DNA of 45,641 nucleotides from Gammaproteobacteria bacterium (lineage in GTDB: Bacteria > Pseudomonadota > Gammaproteobacteria > Burkholderiales > SG8-39), in contig JBGPTG010000002.1 of NCBI GenBank assembly GCA_041490545.1, forward strand, positions 1-45,641. The letters are read 5' to 3'. This document shows, in pieces, positions 17,255 to 25,870 of the stretch. The notes under the pieces are model-generated. The model searched no databases and was not told the origin of the DNA. It worked only from the letters and a program-made list of their open reading frames with translations. Numbering within the stretch: the stretch's first letter is position 1; each line of letters starts with the position of its first letter. The position numbers and the translations under genes are program-made.

Positions 17255-18322
17255 CTAGCGCAGCATTTCCTCGGCGCTCTCGGTGTCTGTCGGCACGTCG
17301 AGCAATCCGTGCCGCTTCAGCAATTCCATCGTACCCCGATTGTCGAGAACGGCATCTGCCGAGCTGTACTCGCCGTTGAGGGCGTTGGGTTCTTTAGGAG
17401 AATCGTCCGCGAGTTCCGGCAGCATCGGGCGGATCGCATAGTACTTGCCTCTCGCCACGCAATGATGGGCCTCTTCTTCCGACACCAGGATCTCGTGCAT
17501 CTTCTCTCCCGGGCGGATTCCCATCACGTCGATTTTGATGGATCTGCCGGCAACGAGAGCCCGGGCGATGTTCATGACCGTAGCGGAGGGGGCGTGCGGA
17601 ATGTAGGTTTCACCCCTCTTCGCATTTTCGATCGCAGCGAACACGGTGTCGACCGCTTCGTCAAGGGTGAGCAGGAACCGGGTCATATCCGGCACGGTTA
17701 CGGTTACAGGCCCGCCATGGCGGATCTGGTCGTGAAACAGCGGTATGACCGATCCGCGTGATGCCAGCACGTTTCCGTATCGGACACAGATAAAACGCGT
17801 GATCGGGTTCAGTATGTTGGCCGCCACGAATATCCGTTCCTGAACCGCCTTGGTCATTCCCATCACGTTCACCGGCTTGCACGCCTTGTCGGTGCTTATT
17901 GCGACCACCGTCTGGACCGGATAGCCGTTTTCCTCGATCGCCCGGACGATGTTGTAAGCGCCGATGCAGTTCGTCATCACCGCCTGCGTCGGAAAATACT
18001 CGCAAACGGGAACTTGCTTGAGCGCTGCCGCATTGACGACGATGTCGGCATCCTTCACCGCCGAGCATACGTCGGAGAAATCTCTAACGTCCCCGATCCT
18101 GAACTCGAGGACGTTCATGAAATTCCGGTAGATAACCTCGTCAGTGGTCGCGTGCTTGTGCAAGTACGACATCCGCATCGAGTGCTGCTTCGCTTCGTCG
18201 CGGGAGAATACGATCACCTTCCTCGGCGTGCCCAGTTCTCCGGACAGAACCCTGTGGACGAAAGTCTTCCCCATGGATCCCGTTCCGCCGGTCACCACGA
18301 TGCGTTTGCCTTCGAAAATCAT
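17255..18322 (-). CDS. fnlA: UDP-GlcNAc 4,6-dehydratase/5(3)-epimerase, FnlA/CapE/WbjB/WbvB family
   Basis: RIVVTGGTGSMGKTF, AAALKQVPVCEYFP, STDKACKPVNVMGMTKA (the CapE-type M-x-x-x-K in place of Y-x-x-x-K), RYGNVLASRGSVIPLF, PDMTRFLLTLDEAV. ATG 18322 overlaps the upstream stop as ATGA; the longest ORF (to 18661) is an extension. Confidence 0.85.
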   Translation of the reverse strand: MIFEGKRIVVTGGTGSMGKTFVHRVLSGELGTPRKVIVFSRDEAKQHSMRMSYLHKHATTDEVIYRNFMNVLEFRIGDVRDFSDVCSAVKDADIVVNAAALKQVPVCEYFPTQAVMTNCIGAYNIVRAIEENGYPVQTVVAISTDKACKPVNVMGMTKAVQERIFVAANILNPITRFICVRYGNVLASRGSVIPLFHDQIRHGGPVTVTVPDMTRFLLTLDEAVDTVFAAIENAKRGETYIPHAPSATVMNIARALVAGRSIKIDVMGIRPGEKMHEILVSEEEAHHCVARGKYYAIRPMLPELADDSPKEPNALNGEYSSADAVLDNRGTMELLKRHGLLDVPTDTESAEEMLR

Positions 18323-19185
18323 CGCCCTGCTCCTCGAATATCCTGCGCAAGCTCTTCGACCATCGCCTTCCATCCGGGCGGTCGGTAAGGCAAGGCCTCG
18401 CGGAATCGGGACGAATCCAGGCTTCTGTCGCATGGGTACTCGCCATACGGCTCGATTTGGGTGGAGAGGCCGAGAGCATCGCGGATCATGGAGAGCAGCT
18501 CGAATTTTGTGATTGGCTCGCTCGAAACATGGTAGACCCCCGAGAGCGGAGTCCGTGCCGAAAGCACCTTGTTGATGATTCGGGCCATCTCCAGCGTCGT
18601 AAATCCAGAAAAAACGGCCTTCGTGTATCCCTTGACCGTGCCACGCTGCGCCAGGAACCATTCGAGCAGCCCGGTCTTGCGCGTCAGCTCGCGACCGATG
18701 ATGGAGGTCCGCAGTGTCAGGCAGTGCTTGCCGCTGGTTTCACCCAGATACTTGGTTCTCCCATAGAGGTCTTCAGCGTCCGAAACGTCCGACTCGCGGT
18801 ATTTGCCGCGCCGTCCGGAAAACACGCAATCGGTGCTGAAGTGCACAAGCCTTGCTCCGGCAGTCTCGCACATCATGGCCAGCCGGTGCGGTAGCAGGGC
18901 ATTGATTTCCAGGTTTTGAATAGCGTCATTCGCCTCGGCGCGCTGCTTGACGACTCCCACCGCGTTGATCACGGTCTCCGGCCGACAGGCCGCTATGATT
19001 TCCTGCAGTCTCTTCGGCGAGGACGCGTCCACCCCGAAGTACGTCCGCTTTCCATCGAACAAGCCGGAGGAACCGTACGAGTCGGGGTCTCGCCTAAGTG
19101 TGACATAAATCTCATGATGGGTCCCCAACTGCCGCAGCAACTGGTGCCCCAGCATCCCGTCTCCGCCGAGAATCAGGATTCTCAT
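18319..19185 (-). CDS. RmlD-like (dTDP-4-dehydrorhamnose reductase fold) NDP-4-keto-6-deoxy-sugar 4-reductase, WbvR-like
   Basis: 288 aa from ATG 19185: MRILILGGDGMLGHQL Rossmann motif, STDCVFSG, and YGRTKYLGE (YxxxK), i.e. the RmlD substrate-binding-domain family. It is not the longer FnlB/Cap5F type. Confidence 0.7.
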   Translation of the reverse strand: MRILILGGDGMLGHQLLRQLGTHHEIYVTLRRDPDSYGSSGLFDGKRTYFGVDASSPKRLQEIIAACRPETVINAVGVVKQRAEANDAIQNLEINALLPHRLAMMCETAGARLVHFSTDCVFSGRRGKYRESDVSDAEDLYGRTKYLGETSGKHCLTLRTSIIGRELTRKTGLLEWFLAQRGTVKGYTKAVFSGFTTLEMARIINKVLSARTPLSGVYHVSSEPITKFELLSMIRDALGLSTQIEPYGEYPCDRSLDSSRFREALPYRPPGWKAMVEELAQDIRGAGR

Positions 19186-19365
19186 CGGAATGCTTCGGAG
19201 CGTACTGCAGCAACGAGTGTTTTTCTTGAAATCAGGCGCATGCTGATTGAAATTCTCCCGTGAGGTCGACCTGACATGCGGCAATTGTAGACTGCCGCCA
19301 TCTTCGTGAGAATCGCTTGTATCTTTTCCGTGGGAGGGCTGGCGGCCGCCCAACGCGCACGCAGT

Positions 19366-20295
19366 TCATCCCCTGGAGAATACCCGCTTGATCTGCCAGA
19401 GAAGCTTGTATGCGATTCTGTTGAGCAGTCCATTTGCAAGCAATTGCCAAGTCCGAACGCGAAGGTAGCGCCATGGATGAAGTGCGAACGCCTGCTTCAT
19501 GTGCTTCAGTGCGGCGAGATAGCGGCTGGAGCGCAGGTGCAGGCGAGCTGCAACAATGTGCGCATTACTCATCGCCTCCGGCTCTGCCCGAGCAACCTCT
19601 GGCGGGATGCGGCCGCCGCGGAAGTGCGCGGAGATGACGTTCACGATCTCTTCCGCCCCGACCGCACTGATCGGGGCGAACGATTGTGACCGGTCATGCA
19701 TCCGGTATGCGGCGAGGGTTTTCGGGATCCTGATGAACGCGCCCTCCAACCCGAGTCGCAGCCAATACTCGTAATCCGGAATCTGTCTCAGAAGTCCGTC
19801 CCAGAATCCAGCACGCTCGAAGGCGTCGCGCCGAAAAAAGACTCCAGGTCCAGGCTGACAGACGATCTCCACGGCAAGATCCCGATAGCTGAACTCGGGG
19901 GTACGAACCTGTCGCAGAACATGCGACTTCGGGTCGACGACATTGAAATCACAGTAAGTCAGGACGATCCCGGGATTCGCGAAGAGTTTTTCGACCGACG
20001 TCCCGACCGCCCCGGGCAGAAGGAAGTCGTCGGCTGCGAGGTACGAAAGAACCTCACCCTTGGACATCGTCCACCCCTTGTTCAAGGTCCTGGCTTGCCC
20101 CATGTTCTCATGGGTCTCGTAGTGGAACCTTCCGGTGTAAGCGGCCAACACTGCCCGCGTGTCGTCGGTCGAACCATCGTCCAAGACGATCAACTCGATG
20201 CGCGAATAGTCCTGCGACAGCACGCTTTCGATGGCCTGCTTCAGATACTCGGCTTGGTTGTAACAGGGTATGACGATAGAAACCAGGGGACTCAC
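19366..20295 (-). CDS. GT2 family glycosyltransferase
   Basis: VSIVIPCYNQAEYLKQAIESVLSQDYSRIELIVLDDGSTDDT (GT-A DxD region). Start set at in-frame GTG 20295, five codons before SIVIP; the longest ORF runs to 20406. Confidence 0.75.
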   Translation of the reverse strand: MSPLVSIVIPCYNQAEYLKQAIESVLSQDYSRIELIVLDDGSTDDTRAVLAAYTGRFHYETHENMGQARTLNKGWTMSKGEVLSYLAADDFLLPGAVGTSVEKLFANPGIVLTYCDFNVVDPKSHVLRQVRTPEFSYRDLAVEIVCQPGPGVFFRRDAFERAGFWDGLLRQIPDYEYWLRLGLEGAFIRIPKTLAAYRMHDRSQSFAPISAVGAEEIVNVISAHFRGGRIPPEVARAEPEAMSNAHIVAARLHLRSSRYLAALKHMKQAFALHPWRYLRVRTWQLLANGLLNRIAYKLLWQIKRVFSRG

Positions 20296-20594
20296 ATTAC
20301 GCACCCGTAAGCCAGCACCAAAAACGGGTACCGGCGACAGCAAAATAATCACGTTACTTGAGGTCGATGAAATGCACAAGGCGGCAAAGCAGGCCCGAAT
20401 CGGCACGATCCAGGCGAACGGGCGGGGCGATACACTTGCAGATTCCTCGAGCCGCTTCTCGCGGCCGACGCCGCAGGACCGTGTTGACCTGTCGGAGCCC
20501 AGCGGTTATCGCGCCGTCGGGCTGAGCCAGTGCTGACTGGCGGCATTCGCGCCACGTCGGCACGCGCAAAGCCGGAGTGAACTCAATGCATAGT

Positions 20595-20603
20595 TGATAT
20601 AAT
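20595..20603 (+). promoter_or_regulatory. Perfect extended -10 promoter element TGaTATAAT, 7 nt upstream of ATG 20611
   Basis: Read directly: TG 20595-20596, A 20597, TATAAT 20598-20603. The spacer TTCGTCC contains no Shine-Dalgarno. Confidence 0.4.
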
Positions 20604-20610
20604 TTCGTCC

Positions 20611-21369
20611 ATGAATTTTGGGATCGAGGACCGCCTCGCTCTGGTCACCGGCGCCAGCCGCGGGATCGGCCGCGCCATCGCGCTGGAGCTTGCCAGGGAA
20701 GGGGCCCGCGTGATCATAGTGGCCCGCTCCGCGGAGCCGCTGAAAGCGGTACAGCGCGAGCTGGGCGGTCCCGCAGGAAGACATCACGCCTTTGCTCTCG
20801 ACCTCATAGCCGAGGGCGGAATCGCCAACCTATCCGCGGAAATCGAAAAGCTGGGTGCACTCGACATCATGGTCCACAACCTAGGCGGCTCGGCGATGGT
20901 CTTCCCGGGCCTGGCGGCGCCTACCGATCACTGGAAGAAAGTCTGGCAGTTCAACGTGGGCGTCGGCCACGAGCTCAATCGAATCTTCGTTCCCAGGATG
21001 GTCGAGAGGAAATGGGGCCGCGTCGTCCATCTTTCGACCCTTTCGACTTATACCTACAACGGTTATGCGGCCTACGTCTCGGCGAAGTGCGCCCTGGACG
21101 GTTACGTGAAGACGGTCAGCCGTGAGGTCTCCAAGGACAATGTAATCGTCTCAGCGGTGGCGCCGGGCGCGATCTACTCCGAGGGCCGTCACTTCGCCAA
21201 ACTGCAGAAGGAGAATCCAGCTCTCCTGGAGAACTATTTCAAGGAGCATTTGCCTATCAAACGTCTCGGCCAGGCCGAGGAGATCGCTCCGGTCGTGGCC
21301 TTCCTCTGTTCGGAGCAGGCTTCCTTTATGGCCGGGTCGATCGTAGGGATAGATGGGGGAGGAATGTGA
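20611..21369 (+). CDS. Classical short-chain dehydrogenase/reductase (FabG-like)
   Basis: LVTGASRGIGRAIALELAREGARVIIVAR; YVSAKCAL (YxxxK); 252 aa. Confidence 0.8.
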   Translation: MNFGIEDRLALVTGASRGIGRAIALELAREGARVIIVARSAEPLKAVQRELGGPAGRHHAFALDLIAEGGIANLSAEIEKLGALDIMVHNLGGSAMVFPGLAAPTDHWKKVWQFNVGVGHELNRIFVPRMVERKWGRVVHLSTLSTYTYNGYAAYVSAKCALDGYVKTVSREVSKDNVIVSAVAPGAIYSEGRHFAKLQKENPALLENYFKEHLPIKRLGQAEEIAPVVAFLCSEQASFMAGSIVGIDGGGM

Positions 21370-22280
21370 TGAACGTCCTGTTGATCGGGCACGAAGGTTA
21401 TCTTGGTCGAGGCCTTTACTCATATTTGTCCCGAAAGCACCACGTCATCGGCTGGGACAAGAAGGAGGATCTCTTCAACCTCGATGCCGGAATACTGGCC
21501 CGCGAGAACGTAGAAATCTTGATCAACCTCTCCGTCACGGCCGACCGCGCGGGCCGCAACTTTCAAACGGACACCCCCTGCGACCACGTCAATGTGGGCG
21601 GCGCGCGACACATCGCCAAGGTGCTCAAAGGCAGTGAAATCTCCTGGATCCAGATGTCCACGCGCGAAGTCCTGGGGCCCGTCTATGGGGCCAGGGACGT
21701 GACCAAGACCAAGGCCGGCCTGCGCCCGAACTGGCTGGTAAACGAAGACCAGCCCTACGCACCTTTGAATTTCTACGGCAAGTCCAAGATCATGTCGGAA
21801 TTCATATCAGAGGCGCACGCTTATAGCGCGGTGATCCGACTGACCACTTGCTACACGGACTATGACCATCCAGCAGGCAACTGGGTCGTCTCGTTGATCA
21901 GGGCCGCAGTGCAAGGAAAACCTGTCAGCCTAACCCGAGGCGGCGAACAGTTCCGCGATCCCCTGCACATCGACGACCTCGGCTGCCTCATGGAACTCAT
22001 TCATGAGAAGAAGGCCTTCGGGGAGAAGTATCACGCCGGCGGCGGCAAGAAGAACTTGATCTCTCTCAAAGAATTTGTGCGCGTCGCCGAGCCCGGGGTG
22101 AAGATAAAGAAAGTGCCGGGTGGCGACTACGGTTTTGCGTTCGACAATCGAAAAGCCGCCAAGCGTATGGGCTGGAAACCTGAGATCCTCATCCGTGAAA
22201 GGATTCCGGTGATCGCTGAGAACATCCGACAGAAAGTCGTGCTGCCACCTGAAATGCGGCCGACCTTCAAAACGGCCTAA
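21369..22280 (+). CDS. NAD-dependent epimerase/dehydratase-family (extended/atypical SDR) protein
   Basis: MNVLLIGHEGYLGRGL (GxxGxxG), YGKSKIMSE (YxxxK). ATG 21369 overlaps the upstream TGA by 1 nt (GTG 21366 is also in frame). Confidence 0.7.
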   Translation: MNVLLIGHEGYLGRGLYSYLSRKHHVIGWDKKEDLFNLDAGILARENVEILINLSVTADRAGRNFQTDTPCDHVNVGGARHIAKVLKGSEISWIQMSTREVLGPVYGARDVTKTKAGLRPNWLVNEDQPYAPLNFYGKSKIMSEFISEAHAYSAVIRLTTCYTDYDHPAGNWVVSLIRAAVQGKPVSLTRGGEQFRDPLHIDDLGCLMELIHEKKAFGEKYHAGGGKKNLISLKEFVRVAEPGVKIKKVPGGDYGFAFDNRKAAKRMGWKPEILIRERIPVIAENIRQKVVLPPEMRPTFKTA

Positions 22281-22360
22281 GAGGTCACAAGCCCTCGTGA
22301 ATTTCGGAATTCCAACGTCCAAAGTGGAAGTGCGCTCGTCTGAAATTCCCGCCGTCAGCT

Positions 22361-23116
22361 TCAACGCGGTCGTTTGCGCTCGTACGAATGTACGATGAAC
22401 TTGTGGCCATCCCAAGAATACCCGCCGAGATCACTCGCGACGATTGAAAAAGCCGAGGTGAGCTCTGCCCATGCCCTGCGCTCCCCGTATGCGGGCGACG
22501 CACGGTTGCAGTTCCAATCGTCAAACAGGATGAGCGCACCTTCGGTGATGTGTCCATTGGCAAGAAGTGGCTCAAGCGCGTCCATAGTCGACTGGTAAAG
22601 GTCACAGTCGACGTGGACCAACCCAAATCGAGCTGAAGGCGGCAACTCGGGGACGGTATCGCGGTACCAGCCATCGTGAACGACCAGACGCTCCATCGGC
22701 AAGTGCAACCGAAGGCGTGCCAGGAGTTCCGCCTTGCTGAGCACCCTGCAGCCTCCGGGCCCCCACACGCCAGATTGGACGTGCTGACTCGTGGCGTCGA
22801 TGTTCGAGGTGATATCGGGCAAACCCCGGAAGCTGTCGAATAGGTGCAGCTTCTTCGGCGTGCGCCCGAGATCGCGACAGAACGCCATTGCCTGCGCCAG
22901 GGCAGCTGAGGTATCACCCGACATGGTACCGAACTCGGCCACGTCGCCCTCGACCTCCCCATAGTAAGCGTATTCGACCCCGAAATAGAGGTGACGTCCT
23001 ACTTCTTCCGAGTAATAGCCCTTCGGCCCTGCCGGGCGCAGCATGTGATAGACGCGTTTGGCGACGCTACCCACCAAAGGGATCGCGCCGATTCTTTGCT
23101 TATACTTCCCGATCAC
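22361..23116 (-). CDS. TylF/MycF (macrocin O-methyltransferase) family sugar O-methyltransferase
   Basis: GDVAEFGTMSGDTS, LHLFDSFRGLP, LVHVDCDLYQSTMDALEPL and GALILFDDW are the TylF-family metal/SAM motifs. Confidence 0.8.
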   Translation of the reverse strand: MIGKYKQRIGAIPLVGSVAKRVYHMLRPAGPKGYYSEEVGRHLYFGVEYAYYGEVEGDVAEFGTMSGDTSAALAQAMAFCRDLGRTPKKLHLFDSFRGLPDITSNIDATSQHVQSGVWGPGGCRVLSKAELLARLRLHLPMERLVVHDGWYRDTVPELPPSARFGLVHVDCDLYQSTMDALEPLLANGHITEGALILFDDWNCNRASPAYGERRAWAELTSAFSIVASDLGGYSWDGHKFIVHSYERKRPR

Positions 23117-23251
23117 GTCGAGCCTTTCTTCGCAAACATTTCTTCCTCATTGGTAGGAAGATCGAAAACCGCCCGGTTCCTCTGCCCCGTGGGAATGGGG
23201 GAACCTATCATTTTGCGCCGGCAAAAATTCCACGTTTTCATCGGCATCATA

Positions 23252-24460
23252 CTAGCGCAGCCACGTAGGCACGTCGCTTCCTGGATTCTCCTCAGGGCCT
23301 GTAGGAGACTGCAAACGCCGGACGTCTAAAGTCGCCCACATCCGCGCGAATTCCTTTATGAGGAGGTCGGTTGTCTCGATTCCGCCTGCGATCCGTTGTG
23401 ATCGACTGGAGAACCAAAAGCGTTGAACATTTTCCTCCTCCTGTTGGATCATTTCCGGATGAGCAAAATACTGGGGACCATAAACAGTGTTAACCATGAG
23501 ATACGGCTTGTCGCCAAACCACGCCATCGATGCTGGTCCGGAACCTGCACCCATGTGAATTGCTGAAGTGTGGATTAGAGCCAAGTCTTGTTCAATGCTG
23601 GTGTGATGGTCCTTGGCTATGATGACATTTGGGCAACGCCGGAGACGGTCGTCAATCTCGGACCAAGCGCAGAGGATAACGAAATTGACCGGGTAGCGAT
23701 CTTCACAATGATGAAAGAACTCCAACCAGGATTCCAGGCGAAGGTTTCTGTGCGTGTGAAAGGCCTTGTTGTTTCGCACGTTCACAGTGACTGGTACTTG
23801 CGGGTTGACATGTTCTCGATAGAAAGCTTGCGCCCAATCCACCAGAAACTGGCGGCAGGTCAAGCGCGGAATTGACCCGTGCTCTTTGTGGTGGTTGTAC
23901 AATAAGTCGTTGAAAACCTCATAGTAGAGATACTCTCGGGAACCAAATTCCCATCCAGACGGCCACACGTGGTAGATGTCCGCGCTGTCGGCAATGAAGC
24001 GTTGCAGGTTCCGATGAGAATTGAAGAGAAAGAGGGAACCCAGATGCTGGTTGACCTGCGCAACCGGCAGAATGGACGCCAAGTGATAGAGGGCATTGGT
24101 TTCTGTGATGCTTGAAAAAGCAGGGTCCGACGCGGCGGGATGTTTGGTGTCGTAGACTATGGCGAAATCCACCATATCGAGACCGTGTTTCTCCCGCAGC
24201 ACAAGCGAGCCTTCCTGCAATATCAAAATGTCGCCTATGTTGAAAGGCTGGCTGGATGTGTCATAAACGAGCAGCAGGCGCCTCTTGTTCGATGGCGCAG
24301 GCAGCAGCAGCTTGCTTAGCGATGGGAATACCCATATGAGAAAACGTGCCGCTCGCCTCACCGGCAGATATAGCGGCCTCAAGATCCGGCTTGCTGCTCC
24401 TCGACTCAGAGACATAAGGTTATTGACGCGAGACTGTTGAACAGAAGGTGGCCTCTTCAT
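23252..24460 (-). CDS. Uncharacterised soluble protein, possible distant GT-B (GT9-like) glycosyltransferase
   Basis: 402-aa ORF in the lowest-GC part of the window; ATG 24460 overlaps the wzx stop as ATGA. The only recognisable motif is the C-terminal IHMGAGSGPASMAWFGDKPYLMVN, which resembles the GT9 IGNDSGPMHLAAALGTP-x-x-LFG nucleotide-sugar loop. No TM segments. Confidence 0.6.
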   Translation of the reverse strand: MKRPPSVQQSRVNNLMSLSRGAASRILRPLYLPVRRAARFLIWVFPSLSKLLLPAPSNKRRLLLVYDTSSQPFNIGDILILQEGSLVLREKHGLDMVDFAIVYDTKHPAASDPAFSSITETNALYHLASILPVAQVNQHLGSLFLFNSHRNLQRFIADSADIYHVWPSGWEFGSREYLYYEVFNDLLYNHHKEHGSIPRLTCRQFLVDWAQAFYREHVNPQVPVTVNVRNNKAFHTHRNLRLESWLEFFHHCEDRYPVNFVILCAWSEIDDRLRRCPNVIIAKDHHTSIEQDLALIHTSAIHMGAGSGPASMAWFGDKPYLMVNTVYGPQYFAHPEMIQQEEENVQRFWFSSRSQRIAGGIETTDLLIKEFARMWATLDVRRLQSPTGPEENPGSDVPTWLR

Positions 24461-25869
24461 TTGTTCGACGCAGATCCGTCATTCTTCTCGGTGCTTGATT
24501 GCGACGGAAAACCACCGGGTGCGTGCCATTCCGCGCGACGCCGGTGCCAGATCAACGCGACAAACGGCGTCACCGTGGCGCTAACGGCCAGATATCCGAC
24601 AGCCACCCCTTCCGCAGAGTAATACTTGCCAAGCACCACGACGGCGACCGCGGTCAGGAAGCCGCTGGTGACCGAAAGCGCGAGAAGCGGCTCTTTCTTG
24701 TGAGCACGGAGGTAGGTTGCCATCGGCAACAACGCAGACACGATGATCGTTGCCAAAAGTAAGTATGCCGTGGGCGCAGGGGGTAGCAGGCGGATCGCGA
24801 AACGGTGATGTAACTGATTTAGCGAGAAAACCACTGCCCAGATCCCGGTCGCACCCATGATGGTCACGCTCAGCACAACCGCAGTCATCCGCCAGAAAAT
24901 CCGATCCAGTTCGGCGTATCTTTGCTGCGCAATGAGTATTCCGAAACGTGGCGCTTTCGGCATGATCCAGCTGGACGCGACCGACATCAATGCACCTACG
25001 AAAACCCAGGTCATGCCCATCTGGCCGGCGATAACCGGTCCGTGATAGTGAAACAGCACAGGAGTAAACAGGGAGAAAGTGAAATATCCGCTGACCCAGC
25101 TGATCGCAATGCGCCACTGCATGGGCAATATGTCCACTCTCCAGTTCAAACGCGGGCCCTTCGGTTGAGCCAGCAGAATGGTCCCGATAAACCCGCTGTA
25201 GCGGCGACCGACTGTGACCATCATCGCAAGCAAGCCAGCCATGCCGCTGATTGAAGCCGCCCACAGTCCTGCACCAAGATAGATGGCCGTCCAAGCCGCA
25301 ACGCCCGTTGCGACGAATTGAACAAACCTGTAGGCATAGACGTTCGAAACCTGGTTACAGCCTTCCAGCAACGCCCATATGGGCGTTGCACATAAGGTGA
25401 GGCCCGTAACTACACACAGTCCGATCCAGGGGGCCTTCCACGAAAAACCTTGATCCCCGCCATCGGCAAAGAAACCGAATCCTGCGACAACCAAAACCAG
25501 AGTCATGGCAGCACCCGTGACTATGTACCACCTTAGCGCGAACCGTCCAAGGCTTGTGAGCCTTGACGATGAATCCGCATCGCCGGTCACGCGACCGTAC
25601 CGATCTAGCGCAAGGTTGGCCCACTCATGGCTGGCGTAGTAAGTGAGAACGGTGCCCAGTCCCAGTTCCGCAAACACCTGAATCGCCAGGACGGAGGTGA
25701 AGGTATAGTAATAACCCTGCATCTCCGGAGAAAAAAAACCGGCGATCAGCAGGGTCGTGATGAGTCCGGCACACGAACTCCATATTTTTCCCGTGATCGC
25801 AAAAAATACTGCGCGATCGATGCCCAATAGCCGGGAGTACTTGAGTCGTAGTGCCTCCAAAGTCAACAC
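24457..25869 (-). CDS. wzx: Wzx-type oligosaccharide flippase (MOP superfamily polysaccharide biosynthesis protein)
   Basis: About 12-14 hydrophobic segments over 471 aa, with an N-terminal LKYSRLLGIDRAVFFAITGKIW...FFSPEMQGYYYTF pattern typical of Wzx. Start set at GTG 25869, 1 nt after the upstream stop; the longest ORF (25986) would overlap by 116 nt. Confidence 0.7.
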   Translation of the reverse strand: MLTLEALRLKYSRLLGIDRAVFFAITGKIWSSCAGLITTLLIAGFFSPEMQGYYYTFTSVLAIQVFAELGLGTVLTYYASHEWANLALDRYGRVTGDADSSSRLTSLGRFALRWYIVTGAAMTLVLVVAGFGFFADGGDQGFSWKAPWIGLCVVTGLTLCATPIWALLEGCNQVSNVYAYRFVQFVATGVAAWTAIYLGAGLWAASISGMAGLLAMMVTVGRRYSGFIGTILLAQPKGPRLNWRVDILPMQWRIAISWVSGYFTFSLFTPVLFHYHGPVIAGQMGMTWVFVGALMSVASSWIMPKAPRFGILIAQQRYAELDRIFWRMTAVVLSVTIMGATGIWAVVFSLNQLHHRFAIRLLPPAPTAYLLLATIIVSALLPMATYLRAHKKEPLLALSVTSGFLTAVAVVVLGKYYSAEGVAVGYLAVSATVTPFVALIWHRRRAEWHAPGGFPSQSSTEKNDGSASNK

Positions 25870-25870
25870 G

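Noticed and set aside
17255-18661. Long N-terminal extensions of several minus-strand ORFs in the six-frame track (for example 18323-18661, 19186-19353, 30743-30967, 43173-43454, 44134-44247, 44673-44897, 45557-45592)
   Set aside because: Family homology starts at an internal ATG/GTG that coincides with a 4-nt overlap or a short gap after the upstream stop. The extensions overlap the upstream gene and translate to Arg/Pro-rich sequence.
19326-19335. 10-bp palindrome GGCGGCCGCC in the 180-bp gap upstream of the reductase gene
   Set aside because: A loop-less GC palindrome (a NotI-type site) is expected by chance in GC-rich DNA. No flanking features suggest a terminator or operator.
22281-22360. 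Search for a bidirectional terminator between the convergent epimerase and TylF genes
   Set aside because: Only short arms (GAATTTC/GAAATTC, 7 bp, ~35-nt spacer) and a 4-bp TCCA/TGGA stem are present. This is too weak to call.
22285-22962. 225-aa minus-strand ORF overlapping the TylF methyltransferase in another frame
   Set aside because: The alternative frame (22361-23116) carries the full TylF motif set; this frame has none.
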